A DNA stretch of 64,000 nucleotides from an uncultured Acidobacteriota bacterium (GTDB lineage: Bacteria > Acidobacteriota > Blastocatellia > RBC074): positions 32,001 through 96,000 of the forward strand of contig CAWCKY010000003.1 of NCBI GenBank assembly GCA_963796275.1, in the 5' to 3' direction. The first letter of the stretch is position 1. Every line of letters begins with the position of its first letter. A program made the translations under genes and the position numbers. Positions 31,169 through 39,274 of the stretch are shown in pieces. The notes under the pieces were generated by a model. That model worked only from the letters and a program-made list of their open reading frames with translations, was not told the DNA's origin and searched no databases.

Positions 31169-31833
31169 TCATTTGAGCGACCGCCAGCGTTCCTGCGACC
31201 ATCCGAACGCGATCACTTCAGCGGTTGGCGCGAACGGATCAGGGACTTTCACGCCTGCCAGGCTGTTTGCAATAAATAATGCCGCTTCACCCTGCACTGA
31301 TGTTTCATCGGGAAGGCGCACGATCAACGCAGGTCCGTCATCGGCAATGCTGCCGACGGAGACAACCTCAATCCCCAAAGGTGTTGGACGATAGCGAATC
31401 GACAAGACCCCACAGTTAGCTGTCGGAGCTCCGCAGGGTGAGACGAGCACTCCTTCGGCCTCGGTAAGCATGAGGCCAGGGGGAACAGGTTTCGCTCTAC
31501 GATACCGGCGACCAAATCACGAACAGTGCGCGGAGTACGCCCCTGGAATTGTTCATTTGCCGCATACATGCAGGCCGCTAAGGCCAACGCCGTTGTCTCG
31601 CCGATACGCTCCGCCGTCCGCGCTACCTCACTGTTCATCATTACCGGAGCGATGGCTATCGGCGCAGCAGTTGAGTTGCCTGCCTCTCTCTCTCGGCGCA
31701 CGATCATCACATGAGGATCGACGACTTTAGTGCCACGCCTGAAATAGCTAGCAATGGAAAACGCCACGAAGAGACTTAGTGCCGTCCCACAAATTACTGC
31801 AATAGGTGATAGTGCTGGTCTCCTCAGGTTCAT
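31169..31833 (-). CDS. Single-TM hypothetical protein (pilin-like), frameshift near 31480
   Basis: MNLRRPALSP...TM...YAANEQFQGRTPRTVRDL joins ORF 31169-31471. Confidence 0.55.
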
Positions 31834-31846
31834 GCTTTCCTCCGGT

Positions 31847-32876
31847 TCAAGCTGCTTGTTCCAGTACACAGGCATCATCCTCAAAGGCCCACGCCACCCA
31901 TTCATCGATTTCGTGATCCGGCTGGTGCGCGGCAAATTCCAATCTCGCGATGCCCTGTCGCAGGTTGAGCAGTTCCTTATGCCGTTTGCCTAGATAACAT
32001 AGGTGTTCGTCGATCACCTCTCCAGTCAGTTTCTTGAACCCACCCAGGGTCAGAGCCCGGATCAGGTCGATCGATTCGCGTATTCCGGGTTTGTCCCGGA
32101 CTGCCGGCATGTCCCGCCTGATGCAATTGATCAACTTCGCGACGCAGGTCAATAACTCACGGCTCGCTAGTGGAGCCCGAGCCCGCAGGATTCGCACCTC
32201 CTCCTTCGGTGTAGGCGGATCGAGCCAGGCGTAGAGGCAGCGCGAGCGCAACGGAGCCGATAGATCGTGTCGAATGTCGTTCGAGAGCAGGATCACGACC
32301 GGCCATCGGTAGGGTCTCTCATGCCGACGTCACCGAAACGCGGGACGTGGGCATAGCCTCGGCCAAGCAGTTGAAGGAGCATGTCCTCGACCTTCTCCTG
32401 AAGCTTGTCGGCCTCGTCGATAATCAATATTGGAACGTCGTCATGCGAACCGGCATAATCGAAGGCCCCCAGGGCTTCTCCCAAAATCAAATATTCGCGC
32501 GTGAATTGTTTGTCCTGAGCATCTTTGAGTCTCGTTCCAGCGGCCAGTTCCTGCCTGACCATCTGTGTCTGCCCTTCGCGATCCCAGTCATACAAGACAT
32601 CAGCCAGGGTCAGCCCCTCCATTCCCTGCAGGTAGAAGACCGGCAGATTGCAGGCTTCGGCCATCGCTTCGGCCATCGCTGTCTTGCCTCCACCTCTCGG
32701 ACCTTCGATCAGCAGCGGCTTACGGCTGCGGATTGTGTGCGCGAGGTCGATCAGTAACCGGCGTTGGATCAGATAGCCGGTGGTGGCAAGCGTTTCGGCC
32801 AGCTCGTCGATTCCTTCCCGCTCCAGCAGAGCGACGCGGATTGATGCTCGGTCTTGAATGAGTCTTTCGGTTGCAT
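31847..32876 (-). CDS. MoxR-family AAA+ ATPase, frameshifts near 32840 and 32310
   Basis: GYLI...KPLLIEGPRGGGKTAMAEA, LQGMEGL...VLYDW, Walker B ILIIDEADK, VILLSN...DLSAPLRSRCLY; GGAGG RBS. Confidence 0.85.
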
Positions 32877-32883
32877 TATTTGT

Positions 32884-34277
32884 CTAGCCTCCTTCAATGC
32901 TCATCTCGGCGATCCGCCGTAATTCGGGACTCAATGCGAGGGATTGCTTTGCGAATTGCCTCCGGCGAACCGGATTCAAGCAGCCCGGCTACCTCTTCGT
33001 CGGAGAGCGCACTGTCCGCATTGTTGTTGAAAGAATGAGGTTGATTTCTCTGCCGCGCTGGCCGTGATCTGCGGCGAATCGACGCCTTGCGCCTGTTCCG
33101 GCAGGCGAGTGATCAAACGTAAGCGGGCGAAGCCGCCGGCACCTCCACGAACTCGCGGCGGCTCGTCGATGTGAGAGAGGTCAGCTCCGGAGCTACTGCG
33201 CCGGGCAAAACTACGGTGGTCGAGTTTCCTCTTGAGAGAGCCGCCTGGCCCAGAGGCGACGCCACTCGTTACCGCGCGGTCGAGGATTCGTTTCCAGGTG
33301 GTGCTTACTTTATGCAGCTTGCCCTTGAGTCCCGGCGCACCGTCAGCTCCGAGGAGATCGCCGTCGAGCTTTACCAGTTTCCCTGATGCCGGATCTATGA
33401 ACCCGGTCAGGCGGATGTAGGCGCGGTCTTGCTCGCTTCCTTGTAACTGTCCGATGAGAAGCGTGCCTTTCTGCAGATCCCATCCTTGTCCACGTACGTC
33501 TCGCGTCAGTTCGAAGCGGGCCGGGCTCTGGCGCAGGGTGTAGATCGCTCCTAACGTCCTGACCGGAAAAACGCACCGAACGGCGGCAGCGCTACACGCG
33601 CATCGAGCGCAGGTGTGAACATGACGGGGTCCGGTAAGGGCTGCTTAGTCACCCCTCCGGCGATTGGTTGACGCGCCGGGACAGGAGTGGGAGTCGGGGC
33701 GCAGCGGATTGAGCGCTCAGGATTACGTTCCTCGCGCCTGGCCGCGGCGGCCGCTCCCGAAGAGGCGTCACTCTGCCTGGTGGCGGTCTCGGTCGCGGAT
33801 GGCCGGGCGCTCACTGACTCCATCCATCGCAATCGTGACCGGGGTCGTCGGGGTCACGGTTGCCCCCTTCACTCCTGTCGGGGGAACAGGTGATCCGGAC
33901 GGCGCCGGCGTCGGAGTCACGATCGCGTTTCGGATATCCTTGATAGCCTCCGCCGTCATGCTGCCGTCATTATTGCTTCGGGTATTTGTTGGCTCGGATT
34001 TCCTGCCAGGTTCGCGCACCGGGATCCGTATCTTCATCCGTTCGTTGGAAAACAGCCACACGGCTGCTCCCGCTGCGGCCAGGACAAGGATAATGAGTAT
34101 CACTCCAATCAGCCGTTTGCTTCTCCGTTTGCGGGCAGGTTCCAGCTCTTTGGCATCAGCCTTTTCTTCCTCGTCATCCTCGAAGTTCAGGTACTCACTG
34201 CTTTCCGTGCCAGGAGCCTCTTGAGTGAGGCCGGCTGCGCCGTTTTGGAGGAGTCCGTTTTTTTCATTCAAGTCCAT
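32884..34277 (-). CDS. VirB10/TrbI-like protein, multiple frameshifts
   Basis: N-terminal TM, Pro/Thr-rich linker, beta-rich domain (LPPFG...VRTLGAIYTLR...KGTLLIG...DGAPGLKG...FVEVPA); follows the VirB8/9-like genes. Confidence 0.65.
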
Positions 34278-34307
34278 TTGCTATACCTTCCTCCTGACGG
34301 TTGTGGG

Positions 34308-35543
34308 TCAACGGTTGGATGAGGTCAGATTCACTGTCGCGGGCTCATCGGCTGCAGTAATCTGACCGACGGAAACACGCAATCTTTGTCGCGCTCCCAT
34401 GATCGGAGTTTCATAAACGACCGCGTAATATTTGATCTCGCCGGGTGGAATCACCTCATCCTCGACTGTTGTTTCCACGGCGAGCTTCCGAATTGCTTCG
34501 ATCTGAATAGGCCTTTTTTTGCTGTCGAACGTTTCGAGATAGATTCCTGGCTGATCCGGTACGATACGCGCATTTCTCTTCCTTGTGTTTTTGACCGCTA
34601 TGACCACGAGTTGCGAGCGCTTACTCACATCACGAACGGGTGAGACCGACAGTGAAAGCCCATGAACCGTCTCGCTCCACTTCTTGAAACTTCCAGGAGT
34701 CTTGGTCGCTTCGGTCAAGGCGAGGCTGGCGGCGCGGGCCGGATCACTGCTCTTTCCTAGGCGCTTAGCTGGAGGCTCAGAAGTATCGACCTCGGCCAGA
34801 TCGGCCACGGCTCTGGGGGGTTGGGGTGCCGGAGCCTGTGTGGGAATTTTTTCGTCCAGCGCGGTCGATTCGGATGACGTGGTAATTCGCAGGGATGTGG
34901 TGCGCGGCTTAGTGGCGCCAGTCGTGCTATCGAGATTGACGGCCAGCCCCGCCGCGCGCCTTGCTGCTTCTACTTCGTTCCGGTCATATGTAATGACAAC
35001 TCGATGTGCCTGTTCGGCAAGTTGTTGAACCGGATAGAAAAGAAAAGTGATCACCAGTCCGCTTTGCATCTGCACGATGACCGACGTAATGGGAGCGCGT
35101 CGAGCCTGCGCCATCATAGTTGGAGAAGCGAATCCGTCCCCCGGGCGAGCAATAATAAAACGATCGGTGTCTTTGGTCGGCGATTCCTCGACCGTCACTA
35201 GGTTGCTGTTGCCTGGGATAATATTGAAGAGCCGATCCGCGGACGGGAATTCGATAATCGTCGCGCCATTCGGTGACAGCCCCAAACGGATGATCGGATT
35301 TCGATTGCCACTCACCGCGACATTCGCTTCACCGCTGATGAAATCCGCGCCAGGCAGCTCGACGAGTTTGACTGAGGCGGGCGTATTTACGCTCCCCAGT
35401 TTCGGGCCCTGCTTCGTCGAGCCCGTCGTTTCTGTTGCAGCGATACTCCTCTGGCGCTTCTCCTGCGCATTGACGGGCAGGCTGATGGCCAACATCAACA
35501 TGAATGGCGCGAAAATTGAGACACTACGACTACCAAGAGGCAT
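34308..35543 (-). CDS. VirB9-like secreted T4SS component
   Basis: Signal peptide; IRLGLSPNGATIIEFPSADR...PGN pattern; gene order. Confidence 0.55.
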   Translation of the reverse strand: MPLGSRSVSIFAPFMLMLAISLPVNAQEKRQRSIAATETTGSTKQGPKLGSVNTPASVKLVELPGADFISGEANVAVSGNRNPIIRLGLSPNGATIIEFPSADRLFNIIPGNSNLVTVEESPTKDTDRFIIARPGDGFASPTMMAQARRAPITSVIVQMQSGLVITFLFYPVQQLAEQAHRVVITYDRNEVEAARRAAGLAVNLDSTTGATKPRTTSLRITTSSESTALDEKIPTQAPAPQPPRAVADLAEVDTSEPPAKRLGKSSDPARAASLALTEATKTPGSFKKWSETVHGLSLSVSPVRDVSKRSQLVVIAVKNTRKRNARIVPDQPGIYLETFDSKKRPIQIEAIRKLAVETTVEDEVIPPGEIKYYAVVYETPIMGARQRLRVSVGQITAADEPATVNLTSSNR

Positions 35544-35583
35544 AAACCCTCCTCAGATCGAAAACAAATTGAGATGTTGATAG

Positions 35584-36363
35584 CTACTGAGAAGCAGCTG
35601 GACTACTCTCCGACTCCACTTCCTTCTCATCGAACCAGGCGACAAGAAAGCCTGTTCGTTTGTTATGGTCTGCCCGGCCCTGCGGATCAGCCGCGAGCTT
35701 GAGCGTGAGAGACAGTCGGCGGGTCTCCTGCTGCGCGGCGCCGGAGACCAGCTTCGTGATCTGCTGCCTGCCGAGTATCCGCAGCAGGTAGGGATCAGTC
35801 CGATCGACCTCTGTGTTCTGCTCGGTCCAGACGGTTTGCCAGCTTTCGGCTCGCTGTTTATCCAGTATCCCGGTCTCTTTGAGCCACCTGGCGAACTTAA
35901 CTGCGGAGCCGGGGACCATCATGCGTATTGCCTGCTCCATATCTTTGGCCCTCGTGGCCGGGTCGATTCCATAGATCATCCTGACGAACTCGCGACTGAT
36001 GTATTTTTTATCGTCAGCTGTGAGCCTGTCCGGGCCGAGTTGCACGGCATCAGTCGCGCCGTACTCCCGATCGTTAATCATCAGGACCTTCCCTGACGAA
36101 CGGTCCACAACGATGCGGTCCGGGCGGCGCATGTACTGGTAGATATTCAAGCCGACACTCATGAGCAGCAGCACCGTAAACAGGAGCCCCATCCAGGTGA
36201 GACTCAGGATCGTCCTGATATCCGTAGGGTCCCGGTGCAAGGTCAGGGGAACCGGGAGCGTTAATGCCCCTCCGGCAATCCCACCATGACCTGGCGGTTG
36301 CTTCGCCTCACTCGAATCCCCATCGAGAGTAGCGGGCCTGAGAGTGTTCGCCTTTGCGCTCAT
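35584..36363 (-). CDS. VirB8/TraK-like inner-membrane T4SS protein
   Basis: Single TM, PDRIVVDRSSG, NTF2-like C-terminus ending GFLVAWFDE. Confidence 0.65.
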   Translation of the reverse strand: MSAKANTLRPATLDGDSSEAKQPPGHGGIAGGALTLPVPLTLHRDPTDIRTILSLTWMGLLFTVLLLMSVGLNIYQYMRRPDRIVVDRSSGKVLMINDREYGATDAVQLGPDRLTADDKKYISREFVRMIYGIDPATRAKDMEQAIRMMVPGSAVKFARWLKETGILDKQRAESWQTVWTEQNTEVDRTDPYLLRILGRQQITKLVSGAAQQETRRLSLTLKLAADPQGRADHNKRTGFLVAWFDEKEVESESSPAASQ

Positions 36364-36464
36364 GCGATTCTCCTTCTTGCTTCACACAGTGGTGTTGATT
36401 GACGACAAATAAGCTCCAACGAATCCGGCGCTGTTTTCTAGCGCTGAGTTCGATGCCAGCCTGA

Positions 36465-36485
36465 TGATCAACAATTCGCGTGCCA
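36465..36485 (-). promoter_or_regulatory. Sigma54-like box upstream of the VirB8-like gene
   Basis: TGGCACG-CGAA-TTGTTGATCA. Confidence 0.55.
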
Positions 36486-36516
36486 CGGTGCGAGCCCTCT
36501 GTCGTCACGATGGATA

Positions 36517-36867
36517 TCAACGCTTGCCTGGCCTTCGAGAACGCCTGCTTTTCCCATGCTCATATACCTGTGGTCCATCGGAACTATTGCTCACGAGTTC
36601 CAATCCCTTTGACTCCATCTTCAAGCTCGTATCGGCTGGGAGATGAATGTACCGGTTCTCGTCCAGCCTTAGCACCCAGCCTACATTGACGATGAAAAGG
36701 CCGACTGCGGTTATCGTTCGTTTAGAGTCAAGCAGGGATGCGTCCCCACCAGCCTGCGCTCGCCGGCCCATAAACTCATCCAGAAGGCGCAGCAAATCCT
36801 TTTCGTTGTATGTTTCTTCATCGTCGTGTGTGTATTCTCTCACTTCCATCACCTCCCCATTCGTCAT
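36517..36867 (-). CDS. Hypothetical protein, first gene of the leftward tra operon
   Basis: 116-aa ORF with AAGGAGG RBS. Confidence 0.6.
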   Translation of the reverse strand: MTNGEVMEVREYTHDDEETYNEKDLLRLLDEFMGRRAQAGGDASLLDSKRTITAVGLFIVNVGWVLRLDENRYIHLPADTSLKMESKGLELVSNSSDGPQVYEHGKSRRSRRPGKR

Positions 36868-36906
36868 CGAGTGCCTCCTTGTGCGCTATAGTTTTTCTTC
36901 GAGCCT

Positions 36907-36927
36907 TGATCAACAATCCTCGTGCCA
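36907..36927 (-). promoter_or_regulatory. Sigma54-like box upstream of the leftward tra operon
   Basis: TGGCACG-AGGA-TTGTTGATCA, same flanks as 36465-36485. Confidence 0.6.
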
Positions 36928-37230
36928 GATATCCTCTAACATCGAACTGCCTCTGCCGGTCAGCAGGAGGAACATCGATTACGATGTGGCGATCGCACCG
37001 GAAAGCTGGCCTCACAATGGTCAATCAATAACCCGCTTGCGAAGGTGGATGATCTATCCCGGCAAACTCCACTTCTCGAATTGACGATCGCAGGAGCGTG
37101 ATAAATTTCCCGGTCATCGAAATTGAATGGATGGGAGGAGATGCCCGTTTATCGTGTAGCTTTTTTAAGGATTGTTGTAGACGCAATTGGTAGTGGTTGA
37201 GATAAACCAAATTGCGCTAGATCTTGTACA

Positions 37231-37339
37231 TTTCCAAAATGGAAATTAGTCGCTCTGACAAGCCTCAGGGTTTGAAGAGAGTTTTCCTGTCGTATTTCGA
37301 CATTTCCATTTTGAAAAGCCATTTTTTCCATTTTGGAAA
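37231..37339. repeat. Three quasi-palindromic TTTCCA-WWW-TGGAAA boxes
   Basis: TTTCCAAAATGGAAA 37231, TTTCCATTTTGAAAA 37303, TTTCCATTTTGGAAA 37325. Confidence 0.8.
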
Positions 37340-37481
37340 AGTTTTGGTCGTAAAGACGGCACCTCGGATGCCGGACCGCGTTCGCACGATCACCACAGAT
37401 TACAGCTCTCGCTGCTCTCGGCTCTCCGGGGAATGAACAGTTAAAGATACGGAGTGGCTGGTATGAGTTTTCCACGAATGG

Positions 37482-38258
37482 TTATTCGATGGGTTTAGGT
37501 GAGCGGATATAGATAGATCGAGTCAGAGGCTTCCGGTCAGGAGGGGCTAAGGGGGCAAGCAGCGTTGGTCCAAGGTCTGTGCCGGGGCGTGGAGATGTGG
37601 GATCTTGAGGTTGGAATCTACCGATAAGAGTTGCCGCCTGGGCCAGCTCTCCCCTGGTGATCTTCCGGTCGTTATCCGTGTCGAGCCATTTATTTAGCCC
37701 ATAAATCCGTTGTTCTTTGCGTGAGTTGTCGAGTGGAGAGATGACGGTTTCGTCTTTCCCTTCAATGATGAAGCCTCGAAAGACAGCCATATAAACGTCG
37801 GCCATGCTGTTGAGACGCCCGCGAAACGATGCAAAATACTTTTCTACCAGGCGCAACTGTCCAACCGGATCCATCTCCCTGATAGCCGCAGTAGTCGTTC
37901 CCAGACGGCTTGCTGTCTCTTTTACGAATTGCAGCAAGCCGCTCGCGGACTGTCCGGGTAGGGAGTTACGGGCTGAAGGGTCAAAGAGTGATTCAGCCGC
38001 CATAACGTTGAGCAGCCACGCAGGCTGCGTTTTCAGCCGTTCCGCAACTGCGTGAAGCTGCGGCCAGAACTGAGGATGTTCGCGCAATATCTTAAGGAGA
38101 TTTTGCCGTGAGCGAAGATGCTTCGCCTCGCTGCGAGCCACTATTCTCCGCCGGTGATCACCCGTCTCTTTGTTTTGAGCTATTGCTGTCGGCGCCACGA
38201 GCAGGGCCGCTGCCACGCCGATCGATTTCAATCTTTTCGTCCGGTTTCCATCATCCAT
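37482..38258 (-). CDS. Lytic transglycosylase (VirB1-like)
   Basis: Signal peptide; LLNVMAAESLFDPSARN...ASGLLQF SLT motif. Confidence 0.85.
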   Translation of the reverse strand: MDDGNRTKRLKSIGVAAALLVAPTAIAQNKETGDHRRRIVARSEAKHLRSRQNLLKILREHPQFWPQLHAVAERLKTQPAWLLNVMAAESLFDPSARNSLPGQSASGLLQFVKETASRLGTTTAAIREMDPVGQLRLVEKYFASFRGRLNSMADVYMAVFRGFIIEGKDETVISPLDNSRKEQRIYGLNKWLDTDNDRKITRGELAQAATLIGRFQPQDPTSPRPGTDLGPTLLAPLAPPDRKPLTRSIYIRSPKPIE

Positions 38259-38272
38259 CGACAGGTCACGTC

Positions 38273-38319
38273 AGCAACCACGATGCCGGGCCAAAACAGC
38301 GGCACGGAAGTTGATAGAT
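38273..38319. promoter_or_regulatory. Divergent pair of sigma54-like boxes
   Basis: Minus strand CGGCATC-GTGG-TTGCT (38273-38288, GG-N10-GC); plus strand CGGCACG-GAAG-TTGATAGAT (38300-38319). Confidence 0.5.
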
Positions 38320-38444
38320 AGCCTCAGCGAAACGACCCGCCGCGGATTCGAGGCTTTCCCAAAGCTTCGGTGACTTGTTCTGTGGTCCGATGGAAATGGC
38401 GGTCATTTAAAGCGAATAAATTGTTTCAATGAAGGAGTGGAGCC

Positions 38445-38915
38445 ATGAAAGTGAAAGGCTTGAGATGGATAGGTCTGTCTATAGGAAGCTGCAAAGTGGA
38501 TAACGACCTGCTCGAACGCTCGGCAGCCGCGAGAGCAGGTCATCGTGTAATTCAGTTAGCCGTGCTTGTTCGATCGATCGAGCCGGCGTTGGTGCTCACC
38601 ACTGCACTGTTGTTGATGGGTGTTACGCTTGTGCAGCCGGCGTTCGCGCAGGTGCAGGGCGGCACTATCTTCGGACAGAACGACCAGGCAGTCGGGAGCG
38701 GAGTGCGAGAAGCGATCAGGTGGGGGAGAAATTTACTCTTCCTGCTCGGCGTCGTCGGCGTCAGCTGGGGAGCAATGAATATCTGGTTGGAGAAAGGGTG
38801 GGGTAAACAGATGCTCGGCGGAGGCCTTTGCATGGGAATAGGCGGCGTCTTGTCGCTCATCTACAGCTTCTCGCAAGGCAATGCCGTCAATCTCGACACT
38901 GACCTGGGCAATTAA
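38445..38915 (+). CDS. VirB2/TrbC-like pilin
   Basis: Long leader ending PAFAQ, two hydrophobic helices; first gene of the B2-B3-B4 order. Confidence 0.7.
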   Translation: MKVKGLRWIGLSIGSCKVDNDLLERSAAARAGHRVIQLAVLVRSIEPALVLTTALLLMGVTLVQPAFAQVQGGTIFGQNDQAVGSGVREAIRWGRNLLFLLGVVGVSWGAMNIWLEKGWGKQMLGGGLCMGIGGVLSLIYSFSQGNAVNLDTDLGN

Positions 38916-38925
38916 AAGGGGGGCA

Positions 38926-39273
38926 ATGATGCGGCTCAGACCCATCAGACCGAATGTCTACTTGCCGGTGGCGCGGTTCGGCGTGCGGATCGAGGACTGG
39001 AAGTTCGTCTTTGCCGCAGCACTCGTCAGCTATACGGTGCCCTTTCTACTCAACTTGAGACTATGGGGAGTGCCGCTGGAGTTATGGTGCGGACTGGGAG
39101 CAGGGGCATTCTCCATAGCATTTTTCAACTATGCGCGAATCGGTCGACGACCGTACTGGTTGCAGCACCGAGTGCGCGCCGTCTTTACCAGCCCGATCGA
39201 GCGACGCTCGCTTCCGATTGATGAGGAGAAGCGGCCGAAGCGGGCATGGATCATCAACGCAAAAAGGAACTGA
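38926..39273 (+). CDS. VirB3-like membrane protein
   Basis: Small 2-TM protein (PVARFGV...) between pilin and VirB4. Confidence 0.65.
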   Translation: MMRLRPIRPNVYLPVARFGVRIEDWKFVFAAALVSYTVPFLLNLRLWGVPLELWCGLGAGAFSIAFFNYARIGRRPYWLQHRVRAVFTSPIERRSLPIDEEKRPKRAWIINAKRN

Positions 39274-39274
39274 C

